A DNA stretch of 63,653 bases, filler included, from Octopus bimaculoides (GCF_001194135.2; 7 parts of 7 records of this genome joined end to end with filler, not necessarily neighbours in it), one strand, 5' to 3'; numbered from the whole stretch's first letter, positions 48,280-60,205 are shown. Numbers and translations: made by a program. The notes: generated by a model not told the origin, from the sequence alone.

Positions 48280-49970
48280 ATCATCTCTTTGTACAGCTTA
48301 AAATAGGAACTGAGGTCATTGTAAACTCCTCTTCTAATTTTTTTATCTCATGTTCACGATTAGGATCATTTTCAACAAAAACCTGCATGCTTTCCTCCTA
48401 TAAATGCCAACTGCTTAATCAATTTAAGTGGTTTAAGTGGAACCTCTGTTGTCTCATCTGTTCTTTTTCTAACAGCATCAGATCCTTGTAACATAAACTT
48501 TCTCTACGGGACACTAGCATTTGAATCACATCTTCCTCTACGACTTCTTCAAATCCTACATTCGTTGCAAGTGTCAACATATCTTTCCAAATCTGATGTC
48601 AACTTTCTGCTTGAGAAAAACTTGTAATGCCACAAATACAGTCTGGACATATATTTTCCCAAGCACTTCAAATTTGATGGTTTCACTTCATCCCATGACT
48701 CAGCTACATTATCAACTGCATCCATTATGTTAAATTTCTTCCAGAAATCTTTAACTGTAAATTTGTCCACCCACCCAATCGCTTTCATAAGTTGTTTGAA
48801 AGTTCTTCTCGTATAATTGTTATGTCTCAAGCTACTGCTATCTAGCACCTTCGGATGATCTCTGCTCAACTGCTACTCAACAGCTACTCAACTGTCAGTC
48901 AACCGCTACCACGGTCAGACTACCTCTATTTATATGTCTTGGTCGAGCCTACTTCTTCGCTTGGGGGCGTCGCCACAGCAATAATATGCCATGAAATTAA
49001 CTACCACACCTTGATGTATTGGCAGGAGCAAAGAAATTGTATTCATGGGGATATATCCTACTCCCTTATTATCAGAAAGGTCATCTGAGTTTGCTAGTTT
49101 GTTTAGTGCATTGTCTAAAAGAAGCAATGCTTTGTTAGAAATATTATGTCTGGTACTGAACCTCTCTATAGCAGGACAAAAAAATGCTTGTAAACCACTT
49201 TATGAAAAGGCTCTTAGTCATCCATGGCTTATTTGAACGCCAAATCAGAAGTAGATTAGACTTTATATAACACTTGAAAGCCCTTCTATTTTCAGAGTGA
49301 TACATGTGTAGGGGGCTTTAATTTCATATCATCAGCAGATGTCAGACGATTTTTGGAAGCTTTAAATCCTGGTGTTGATTTTTCTCTTCGAGAAATAAAA
49401 GTTCTAGAAGGCAGGCGCTTCCAGGAAAGTGCAGTTTCATCAACATTTGAATACTTATTCTGGTGTGGAGCTTCCTTCAGCAATTATTTTCTTCAACTGT
49501 TCAGAATAATTAGTAACAGCCTCTGTATCAGCGTTCGCAGTTTCACCAGTCATTTTTATATTGTGTAAATTCATGCTTTTCTGAAACTTTTCAAACCAGT
49601 CTTTACTAACCAAAAAAGGATTTTCATTAGAAGTTTCACCTTTTTCAGCAAATTTCCTATAAATGTTTGGCTTTGTTTATCAGCACATAATGCTGATTCA
49701 GATCCTCCACACACTCAAGACTTGTTCCATTTTAAGTATTATATTAGATCTATGGAAAAAAAATAAGGTCTGGTCACTTAACGGAATAGCTTCTTGAGCA
49801 CTTGACATAATTTTCTCTCTCTTGTCATATCTTGTTTTTAATGTAGATGTTGCAAATTTTAATGTTATGACAAACTTAGTCTTACTTCTGCATCAAGTCT
49901 TTTTTAAAACAAGTTTATCCAGTGTAATCCTTTTACGGCTCTTTTTTTGCACTACAGCCTACAGGTCTAC
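48280..49970 (-). pseudogene. Tigger/pogo (CENP-B-like DDE) transposase remnant
   Basis: KKSRKRITLD (N-terminal HTH), NVDETALSWKRLPSRTFISRREKSTPGFKASKNRLT, LLLDNA, PMNTISLLLPIHQGVVVNFMAYY, RRTFKQL and DAVDNVAESWDEVK. Confidence 0.88.
48818..48980 (-). mobile_element. 163-bp solo-LTR-like insertion with 5-bp TSD
   Basis: ATAAT|TG...CA|ATAAT, with a TATA-like catataaataga on the minus strand. Removing the insert and one TSD copy restores Tigger codons AYY-TRRTFKQ in frame. Confidence 0.8.
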
Positions 49971-50124
49971 TTGATAACTTCTTTCCAGATATCTTAAATT
50001 AAAGGCAAATCCAACAGCAAAATCAATTATCCACTACAAATATGTAGGAAAAAAATTGGCCCAGGAAAGATCTGTTTTGTGAGAGTAGAAAATTGACTTA
50101 TTCTTATGGATGCGATATGAGATG

Positions 50125-50396
50125 GTGGAGGCGCAATGGCCCAGTGGTTAGGGCAGCAGACTCGCAGTCATAGGATCGCGGTTTCGATTCCCAGACCGGT
50201 CGTTGTGAGTGTTTATTGAGCGAAAACACCTAAAAGCTCCACGAGGCTCCAGCAGGGGATGGTGGCGAACCCTGCTGTACTCTTTCACCACAACTTTCTC
50301 TCACTCTTACTTCCTGTTTCTGTTGTGCCCGTAATTCGAAGGGTCAGCCTTGTCACACTGTGTCACGCTGAATATCCCCGAGGACTACGTTAAGGG
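50125..50396 (+). mobile_element. SINE family A, 3'-truncated, Pol III A and B boxes intact
   Basis: gtggaggcgcaaTGGCCCAGTGGttagggcagc...GGTTTCGATTCC. Similarity stops at taaggg. Confidence 0.88.
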
Positions 50397-50939
50397 AACA
50401 AAAACAATGAGATGAAAAGGTAAAGGACTAAGGAAAAGAAAGTACAATATAATCACAATTAGCTGAAGGGTCACCAGTTTTATAGGCAACTCACTCCATG
50501 CACTTCTAACTTAAGACAAATATACACACACACTCACTCATACACAAACACACAGCTATACTCATGCACGTGTTGGCGTACATGCTTATATCTGTTGTAG
50601 CCATTTGCATTTAGAAGTTGATGGGTTGATAATGGTGATGATGTGGGTTGCATTGGTTTAGATGTCTGTAATGGTGGACAGGTATTGTTGGCATTGCGGT
50701 GGTCATATTGTTCTTGTTAATAGTATTGTTGTGTCTGTTTAGTCTCAAGTCACTCCTCATAGACCTGAGGTCAAAGACATTTCTTTCAACTTTTAAAATA
50801 CACCAGGATACCACATTACATGGTTTTATTTGAAATGGATTTGCTTATCTTCTTCATTCTATATATCACCGTTGGTGGTTGTGTTGGTGTTGATAACAGA
50901 AACACACGTATAAATACATACATACTCATTCATTCATTC

Positions 50940-51085
50940 GTAGCTTGCTTACCAACCACATGGTTCTGGGTTCAGTCCCACTGCGTGGCACCTTGGGCAA
51001 GTGTCTTCTACTATAGCCCCGGGCCGACCAAAGCCTTGTGAGTGGGTTTGGTAGATGGAAACTGAAAGAAGCTCGTCGTATATAC
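50940..51085 (+). mobile_element. SINE family B head
   Basis: tagcttgcttaccaaccacatggttctgggttcagtcccactgcgtggcaccttgggcaag... Confidence 0.85.
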
Positions 51086-51465
51086 GTGTGTATATATATA
51101 TATATATAAAAGAGACCTCTATCACTTCTGACTAATTTTTCCAATCTGTATCATCATTGTTTTAACGTTCATTTTCCCATGCTTGCCAGAGTCGGACAGA
51201 ATTTATTGAGGCAGATTTTTTACAGCCGGATGACCTTCCTGTTGCCTACCCTCATCTGTTTTTGAAGCAAAGTAATATTTCACCATGACTGGACATGTTT
51301 TGTTTCTGTGGAAGATTAGAAATGAAGGAGACCACTTGTATGACAGTGAAACTCATTTACAACAACCAAGTGGTGTCAAGACAAGGAGACACCAACTCAC
51401 ATACATATACATAATATACATACATGCTAACACTTGTAAATATATATACTTACATATATACACTT

Positions 51466-51514
<49 letters not shown>

Positions 51515-51559
51515 TATATATATTTATGTTTGTACATATATTAATATGTACACATACAT

Positions 51560-51710
51560 AATGGGCTTCTTTCAGTTTCCATCAACCAAGTCCACATTTG
51601 TCAGTCCAGGACTACAGAAGAGAAGACACTTGCCCAAGGTACCATGCAGTGGGACTGAACCTAGATCCAAGAGATTGGGAAGCAAGCTTCTTAGCCACAC
51701 CAGCACCTAC
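51560..51710 (-). mobile_element. SINE family B head, diverged
   Basis: gggcttctttcagtttcc...agacacttgcccaaggtaccatgcagtgggactgaacc. Confidence 0.75.
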
Positions 51711-51925
51711 ATAAACGTGTGCATGTGTGTGTGTGTGCACATGCACACACACACACACACACACATTGTATGATATATTTAAAATCCTGCAATTTGTTTC
51801 TATTTTCTTCACATACAGACATGATACCTCCAATTAATTAATTTTTAATTTCTTATCGACAAACTCTCAGGGAAAAACACTTTATCCTTAAATGAATTGC
51901 AATTTATACTATAAATCACCTGTAC

Positions 51926-51991
<66 letters not shown>

Positions 51992-52344
51992 TTCTGTCTC
52001 TCACAGAAACACACACACTCACACACATGCAAAAGACTAAAGTGAATATAGTTTAGTCCATATGTCAGGTTTAATTGTGTATAATAATACTACTACAGCC
52101 AAATTGCATTAAAAACTGGAAGTATTCTTAGCTTATGAATCACCTTTCATGTTTAGGTTTGTTGTTGAGCTCTTTCACAGCCTAAAATAGACACACATTT
52201 AAACAACAGACTACAATATTAATACAAGCAAATGAAGCAGCCACCAAGTGTTCAGTCCACTAGAAATAGCAACCAAATCTCCATACCGTTATCTTGTTAG
52301 TTGTGGGATATTGTGGAGTGAGAGTAAGAATCGGTGATTCATAC

Positions 52345-52718
52345 TGTAGAGTGTGAGTGAGGAATGGCTGGTTGCAGAGTGTGAGTGAGGATGGGATGCA
52401 GTGTGTAAGGCCTGATTGCACAGTGAGTAAGGTCTGGTTGCAGAATGTGAATGAAGTCTGGTTTCAGAATGTGAGTGAGGTCTGTTTGTAGAATGTGAGT
52501 GAGGCCTGGCTGCAGAATGTGAGTGAGGCCTGATTGCAGAATGTGAGTGAGGCCTGGTTGAAGAATGTGAGTGAGGCCTGGTTGCAGAATGTGAGTGAGG
52601 CCTGGCTGCAGAATGTGAGTGAGGTGTGGTCGCAGAGTGTGAGGACTAGTGGGGGTGCAGAGTGTGAGGACTAGTGGGGGTGCAGAGTGTGAGGACTAGT
52701 GGGGGTGCAGAGTGTGAG
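52345..52718. repeat. Minisatellite: 24-bp unit GCAGAATGTGAGTGAGGCCTGGTT switching to 25-bp unit GCAGAGTGTGAGGACTAGTGGGGGT
   Basis: Spacings of 24 (52512 to 52536) and 25 (52632, 52657, 52682, 52707). Confidence 0.9.
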
Positions 52719-52818
52719 NNNNNNNNNNNNNNNNNNNNNNNNNNNNNNNNNNNNNNNNNNNNTTAATTAATTAANNNNNNNNNNNNNNNNNNNNNNNNNN
52801 NNNNNNNNNNNNNNNNNN
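52719..52818. other. Artificial contig-joining spacer
   Basis: N44-TTAATTAATTAA-N44. Confidence 0.95.
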
Positions 52819-53532
52819 GTGGTGGTGGTGGTGGTGGTGGTGGTGAGGTAGTCGTGGTGGTGAGATGATGGTGGTGGTGGTAGGAGTGGTAGTGAGGGTG
52901 GTGGAGCAGTAGTGGTGGTGGTGGGGCAGTAGTGATGGTAGTGATGATGGTGATGGTGATGGTGTTGGTGGTGGTGGTGTGAGTGGGTGTGTTGGTAATG
53001 TTGTTGTTAATGTCTGTGGTGATGGTGGTGATGGTGGTGTTGATGTGGTTGGCAGAGGTGAGGGAGTTGTTAAGTTTTTTGGTGTTGAGGATGAAGTTAG
53101 TGGTTTTGATAAATGTGGTCACGATGGTTGTGTCTGTGGTGGTAGTAGTTGTAAAGGCCGTAGTATTGGACGTTGTTGAAGTGGTGGTGTTAGTGGAGAT
53201 GATAGTAGCACTCGTGATTGTGATGGCCAAGGTAGTTGTAGTGGTGTTCATGCTGGTCAGTGTGATGTTAGCTGTGGTGGTAGTGGTGGTAGAAGCTGTT
53301 GGTGTTTTGCTCACATGCCATTTTGGTTGGAACCAAAACTTTTCGCCATAATATTTCTTTCATCTTCATTTCCCCCAACATCTTCATTGCTACCTGAGCC
53401 TCCCCCTCATCATCATTGTAATCATCATCATTATCATCATAACCATAATCATCATCATCATCACCATCGTCATCATCATCATCATCATTGTTGTTCTTCA
53501 TCTCTTCCACCTCATAATTATAATCATAAAAT

Positions 53533-53576
<44 letters not shown>

Positions 53577-53710
53577 GTGATGATGACGACAACAATGAGG
53601 AAGAGGAAGGAAGGAGGAGGAGGATCATTATCTTATGATGATAATGATCATGATCCTTATCACCGTTATCCCCATCACCCCACCACCACCACCACCACCT
53701 TCGTCGTCAT
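52819..53710. repeat. Degenerate (GGT)n/(GAT)n/(CAT)n trinucleotide low-complexity tract
   Basis: Directly visible. Confidence 0.85.
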
Positions 53711-54184
53711 CAGCATCCTCACTATCTTTTTATGTTTACATCTTTTGTGAGTTGCCAGTTTTATAAAGACAGACTTTTCCACTTCACTGAAACAAAATCA
53801 ATATTTTTTTAATAAAAGTTATCTACACAATTTAGATCTCGTACGCATACTTATAAACACATACGTACATATGTACGCGTATATGTGTATGTATATGATA
53901 TGCGTAATTGTGAATAACACACTTAAAACATTTATGGGTTAGAGATAATGAAATGAGGAAAGCAAAACAAAGGCTGCTTCCATAGTGAAGAATACAAAAG
54001 CATCCCAAAGTTTAATTGCCATTTGATACAAATGGAATAATAAGCAAAATTAGTTTGAAAAAACCTCTGCATTCAAAATCTTATTTGTTGGTTTTATTAT
54101 TTAACCTACGTCCACCTTTACAAAACAGAACCTGATAATATGACAATCAATAAAATGATGTAAGACAAATTAAAAGAATAATAT

Positions 54185-54690
54185 ACTGTGCTTGAGAAGA
54201 CCCGTCAAGTCATGGTCGATGCCACTGTTGCGTAACTGGCCCCTTCAATCGTTGGGTGATAGGGTGTGCTTGGGAAGACCTGTTGAACCAAGTGAAATCA
54301 TAGTCATGGCAGGTGCCAGTGCCATCTGAGGCACCATTCAGGCATTGGATCTATATATATGAATATATATATATACAGTGTAAAGACATTCGAGCGAGAT
54401 CGTTGCCAGTGCTGCCGAACTGGCTCCTGTGCAGGTGGCACGTAAAATACACCATTTTGAGCATGGCCATTGCCAGTACCGCCTGACTGGCCTTCATGCC
54501 GGTGGCACGTAAAAGCACCTACTGCACTCTCAGAGTGGTTGGCATTAGGAAGGCCATCCAGCTGTAGAAACTCTGCCAAATCAGATTGGAGCCTGGTGTA
54601 GCCATCTGGTTCACCAGTCCTCAGTCAAATCGTCCAACCCATGCTAGCATGGAAAGCGGATGTTAAACGACGAAGATGATGATGATGACA
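54185..54690 (+). mobile_element. RTE 3' UTR with (GAT)n tail
   Basis: gtggcacgtaaaagcac...ggcattaggaaggccatccagctgtagaaac...ccaacccatgctagcatggaaagcggatgttaaacgacgaagatgatgat. Confidence 0.8.
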
Positions 54691-54724
54691 GGGTGTGATG
54701 TGATGATGATGAGGATGCTCTTCA

Positions 54725-55115
54725 CCATCATCATCATCATCATCGTCATCATCATTTAACATCTGTTTTCCATACTGGTTTGTGAGGAGCCAGCAAGTTA
54801 GAGAGTGACACTAGTCTCCAATCTGTTCTGGCAATGTTTCTACAGCTGGATGCCCTTCCTAAAGCCAACCACACTTAGAGTGTAGTGGATGCTTTTATGT
54901 GCCACTGGTACGAGACCCAGTCAGGCGGTACTGGCATTGGCCATGCTCAAATGGTGCTTTTTACGTGCTACCTGCACAAGAGCCAGTCAGGTGGCACTGG
55001 CAATGATCACGCTCGAATGATGCTTTTAACGTTCCACTGGCACAAGTGCCAGTCAGGTGGTACTGTCATTGGCCATGACAGTGATTTCACTTGCCTCAAC
55101 AGATCTTCGCAAGCA
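54725..55115 (-). mobile_element. RTE 3' UTR, tail-to-tail with the preceding copy
   Basis: catcatcatttaacatctgttttccatactgg...tttctacagctggatgcccttcctaaagccaacc. Confidence 0.8.
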
Positions 55116-55302
55116 TACATATATATATATATATNNNNNNNNNNNNNNNNNNNNNNNNNNNNNNNNNNNNNNNNNNNNNNNNNNNNNNNNNNNNNNNNNN
55201 NNNNNNNNNNNNNNNNNNNNNNNNNNNNNNNNNNNNNNNNNNNNNNNNNNNNNNNNNNNNNNNNNNNNNNNNNNNNNNNNNCATACATATACATATAGAT
55301 AA

Positions 55303-55363
<61 letters not shown>

Positions 55364-55449
55364 TAGACAGATAGAGATATATATGCACACATACACATGG
55401 ATGTGTATGTGATGTGTAAATGATGTGTGTGTGTGTGTACACATGTATT

Positions 55450-55620
55450 TATTGCCACTGTCAGTTACAATGATGAGTGTTTCTATTAACGGAACAGCCT
55501 GCTTATGAAATCAACATGCAAGTGGCTGAATACTCCACAGACATCAATACCCTTAATGTAGTTCTCAAGGAGGTTCAGCATGACACAGAATGTGACAAGG
55601 CTGGCCCCACTGAATTACAG
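55450..55620 (-). mobile_element. SINE family A 3' fragment
   Basis: acggaacagcctgcttatgaaatcaacatgcaagtggctgaatactccacagac matches 1180-1240. Confidence 0.75.
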
Positions 55621-55864
55621 TTACAACTCATGGACTGATGGAGCAATGTGAAATAAAGTGTCTTGCCCAAGGAAACACTGTGTCACTAGGAATTAAACAA
55701 CACACACACACAACAATAATATGTACGTGCAAATAGAAAGCAAGAGAAAGATAGAGAGTGAGTGGAGCGGGAGAGACGGAGAGAGAGATATTACAAATTA
55801 TTAATTGAACGTGATTGGCATAAAACATTTTCCTTCTCCTCAGATATATAAAGAGAAATATGCT

Positions 55865-55964
55865 NNNNNNNNNNNNNNNNNNNNNNNNNNNNNNNNNNNN
55901 NNNNNNNNTTAATTAATTAANNNNNNNNNNNNNNNNNNNNNNNNNNNNNNNNNNNNNNNNNNNN
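55865..55964. other. Artificial contig-joining spacer
   Basis: N44-TTAATTAATTAA-N44. Confidence 0.95.
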
Positions 55965-56078
55965 GAGGGAGAGAGAGAGAGAGAGGGAGAGAGAGAGAGA
56001 GAGGGAGAGAGAGAGTGTGTGCGTTTGTATATCTTTTATATAAATGCTTTAATATTTGTATTTGCAAGGCGGCGAGCT

Positions 56079-56392
56079 AGCAGAAACATTTGTAGCAAAC
56101 CATTGTAGCAAACCATTTTAACAAACTACTCTACCAAACCATTACGTCAAACCATTGTAGGAAATCGTTTTATCAAACTATTGTAGCAAACATTTGAAGC
56201 AAACTGCTGTAGCAAACCATCTTAGCAAACCATTTTAGCAAAGTATTTTAACAAATAGCTGTAGCAAACCATTTTAGTAAACTACTCTAGCCAACCATTT
56301 CATCAAACCATTGTAGTAAACACTTTTATCGAACTTTTGTAGAAAACATTTCAAGCAAATTTCTGCAGCAAACGATTTTAGCAATCTATTGT
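56079..56392. repeat. Degenerate 13-bp minisatellite (TAGCAAACCATTG/T)
   Basis: More than 20 diverged units are visible. Confidence 0.85.
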
Positions 56393-56762
56393 AAAAAAAA
56401 AAAAAAAAAAAAGCTCTTATAGCGAGCTCGTCAACCAATGGATGGCCTCAGCAAATTCTTGCGTGCCATTTTAGTAAGTTGTCTCGTAAACCATTCCAGC
56501 AAACCTATTACTAAACCACAGATCAGTTTACATTATGCTTTTGTTTATTTTGTTTTTTATATTCTATGTCAGCGACCATCATGTTATTCAGAAATTCTGA
56601 AAAGCCGCATTATTTTGTAAATAGCACGCATCTACTATCTTCTTTCATTTGGTCTATAAAATTATTCTTACATGAATTATTAACGTTAAACAAAAATAAA
56701 CAAAACAAAACAAAACAATGAAACATAAAACGAGAAATTTCTCAATAGTAATAGCTATTAGT

Positions 56763-56960
56763 GAGGAGGCGCATGGCTTAGTGGTTAAAGTGTTGGACTC
56801 GTGATCCGAGGATAGAGGTTTCGATTCTTGAACGGGCGAGGCGTTGTTTTCTTGAGTAAAACACTTCATTTCATGTTACTCCAGTCCACTCAGCCGGTAA
56901 AAGTGAATAATCCTGCGACAGACTGGCATCCCGTCCAGGGAGGAATATATACGCTAGAGC
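56763..56960 (+). mobile_element. SINE family D
   Basis: A box TGGCTTAGTGG and B-box-like GGTTTCGATTC; body matches 6218-6470. Confidence 0.8.
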
Positions 56961-58020
56961 AGGTGGGGGCAGGGGAGAATATATACGCTAGAGCTCGTGT
57001 GCCTGTTTTATGAAGTCAGCCAGGTGAGATTTCTGGAAGATTTGGCTGCTATTTCTAGATATATTCTCGATAATTTGTTCTTCTGCCTTTTATTTAGTCC
57101 CTGATTAAGAAGCGCTGGGATCACAAACATTCCACTTAGGACCTTACCTATGCATAGGAAACCCTAGAATATATCCTGCACGTCCTTCATTTGAACGAGA
57201 CGAAGTAATGTGAAGGAGATTTGGCTGCTGTTTCTAGCAGATCGAGTGACCACTATCATCTTACCTGTGTTTGTTAATAGTGTATATACCACTGCGTAGG
57301 TTCAGGAGCGGAAATCTACTGGAACTAAACTAAATGGCATGTTCACATGCTAACATATTTAATGAATATTTCAACAGATGATGAAGATAGATCTTTAAAA
57401 AAATTATCAACAACTGTCTCCGGATGACATCAACAATAACAGCACCAGTAATATTATCGCATCATCATCATCGTCATTATCACAACGCTGGTGTTGTCAG
57501 ATCTCTCTCTCTCTCTCCCTCTCTCTCATACACTGCATTAGATGCATGTATATATGTATACATATACATACATACTTATTTACTTATATGCACGTATTCA
57601 TATTTGAATAAACATAAATATGTATATATATGTAAATATATATATATGTATGTATATACATACATATATATGCATATTTACATATACATGCATATATATT
57701 TACATACATATAAATGTTTACATATATGTACACATGCGTATACATACATACATATTTACATATATATATATGCATATGTATATACATATATATTTACACA
57801 TACGTATATATATGCATATATGCATATGTATACAAATATATATATATATGTGTGTATATATATGTGTGCATATATATATATATACACACACACACCACTG
57901 ACCAATAAGAACATTGTGCACTCAGACAAAATAATACTTTACACTTGTGGCTCCACTGGTAACTAATGAGCCCAGGTCTTCATAAACATACAGCCATCAT
58001 CATCACCATCATCATCATAT

Positions 58021-58120
58021 NNNNNNNNNNNNNNNNNNNNNNNNNNNNNNNNNNNNNNNNNNNNTTAATTAATTAANNNNNNNNNNNNNNNNNNNNNNNN
58101 NNNNNNNNNNNNNNNNNNNN
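58021..58120. other. Artificial contig-joining spacer
   Basis: N44-TTAATTAATTAA-N44. Confidence 0.95.
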
Positions 58121-58270
58121 GAAGCTGGTCCGCATCTCCCTCGCTATCCTCTGGGGCAACGCCTTTCCATTTTGTGTGCTGGTGCCACGAGAAATGCTTC
58201 TATATTAGGAGAGTCAAGATTCTCCGTTAATCCATTCAATCATACTATAAACTTGCTGAAGGAAAAACAA

Positions 58271-58663
58271 TACTCGTTTACTTGTTTCAGTCATTTGACT
58301 GTGGCCATGCTGGAGCACCGCCTTTAGTCGAGCAAATCGACCCCAGGACTTATTCTTTGTAAGCCTAGTACTTATTCTATCGGTCTCTTTTGCCGAACCG
58401 CTAAGTGACGGGGACATAAACACACCAGCATCGGTTGTCAAGCGATGTTAGTGGGGACAAACACAGACACATAAACATACACACACACATACATATATAC
58501 GGCGGGGTTCTTTCAGTTTCCGTCTACCAAATCCACTCACAAGGCTTTGGTCGGCCTGAAGCTATAGTAGAAGACACTTACCCAAGGTGCCACGCAGTGG
58601 GACTGAACTCGGAACCATGTGGTTGGTAAGCAAGCTACTTACCACACAGTCACTCCTGTGCCT
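58271..58663 (-). mobile_element. SINE family B, full length
   Basis: Co-linear with other family B copies. Confidence 0.9.
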
Positions 58664-58689
58664 AAATACAATTGAAAAATATTGATTTC

Positions 58690-58890
58690 CAATTTTGGCA
58701 CATGGCAAGTTTGTTCAGGGTGAAGGGTTAAATGGATTACATCGAGCCCAGTGTTCAACTAGTGCTTATTTAATCGACCTCGAAAGGATGAAAGGCAAAG
58801 TCGATCTCGCTGGAATTTAAACTCAGAACGTAGAGACAGCGGGAATACTGCAAAGCATTTCCCCCAGTATTGTAACGATTCTGCCAGTTC
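58690..58890 (-). mobile_element. SINE family C
   Basis: ccaattttggcaca...gatgaaaggcaaagtcgat...aactcagaacgta...gattctgccagttc. Confidence 0.75.
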
Positions 58891-58964
58891 GTCGGTTTTA
58901 AGCTGGTCACAACAGTGAACGGAAATTATTTAACAACTGTGAGACGACGAACAAACAGAATCAT

Positions 58965-59162
58965 TAACGCATAGGACAAAATGCTTATCGACATTTCTTC
59001 TTGTGTTTTACGTTCTGAGTTCTAAATCCGCCGAGGTCGACTTTGCCTTTTTTCATCCTTACAGGGTTGACAAAATATAGCATCGGTCGAGTACCAAGGT
59101 CGATATAAATAACTAACCCCGCTTGCCTTAAAAATTGCTAGCTTTGTGCCAAAACTTGGAAT
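58965..59162 (+). mobile_element. SINE family C, inverted relative to the preceding copy
   Basis: ttacgttctgagttctaaatccgccgaggtcgactttgcc...ctttgtgccaaaacttgg. Confidence 0.75.
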
Positions 59163-59772
59163 CATTTATTAAATCGCATTCATTACAAACGATGGCATGG
59201 AATAGTTGCGGGCGAAAATATATTATCTCAATGATTGAGATATTTAACATTGTCCTTAGTTTAGGAATAAAGTTTCGTGTTCGAATCCAATCTGGTATTA
59301 AGTACACCTCCATGGATAAGACAACTGGACAAGATAGAACTGAAGCAGATTAAAACGTAGTTTTAAAAAAACGTAAAATTATTAAAGGAAATGTTTAATG
59401 TTTAAAATTTTAGTATAATAATCTCCTCTGTTTTCAGCATTAGAAACAATGTCGATGAGGGTTCGAAGGTTTCAGTGACACTTCAGGGATTAGATAAGGC
59501 CATTGTGGGCTTATACACACAAGGGAGGCAACTCCTACAAGCTTTCCGGGAAAGAATTGTTTCCAGAATAGTGACAAGGCTTGAAATTTTGGGGGAGGGA
59601 GCTAGGCGATTACATCGACCCCAGTGCTAAACTGGTACTTATTTCATCGATTCCGAAAGAATGAAAGGTAAAGTCGACTTCAGCGCTATTTGAACTCAGA
59701 CAGACGGATAGGTAGGTGCATACATACGTACATTTAACGAATATGGGAATATATTACTTGTTACAGTTTCAG

Positions 59773-59811
<39 letters not shown>

Positions 59812-59819
59812 TTTTCTTT

Positions 59820-60205
59820 TATTCTTTTACAGGCATTTAACTGCTGCCATGCTGGAGTACTGCCTTTTAGTCGCACAAATTGACCCCAGGACTTTTTCTT
59901 TGTAAGCCCAGTACTTATCCTATTGGTCTGTTTTGCTGGACTTCTAATGTTACAAGGACATAAACACACAAACATCATTTGTCAAGCTATGGTGGGGGAT
60001 GAACACAGACACACAAGCATACACACACACACACACACATATACGATGGGCTTCTTTCAATTTTCATCTACCAAATCCACTCACAAGGCTTTGATCGGTC
60101 CGAGGCTATAGTAGAAGACACTTGGCCAAGGTGCCATGCAGTGGGACTGAATCCAGAACCATGTGGTCGGTCAGCAAGCTACTTACCACACAACCACTCA
60201 TATGC
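59820..60205 (-). mobile_element. SINE family B, diverged
   Basis: Co-linear with other family B copies. Confidence 0.8.

Noticed and set aside
52763-53750. Thr-, Val-, Asp- and His-rich ORFs resembling mucin or acidic proteins
   Set aside because: Degenerate trinucleotide repeats that are open on both strands, with no splice or domain evidence. The same applies to 3353-3774 and 60444-61418.
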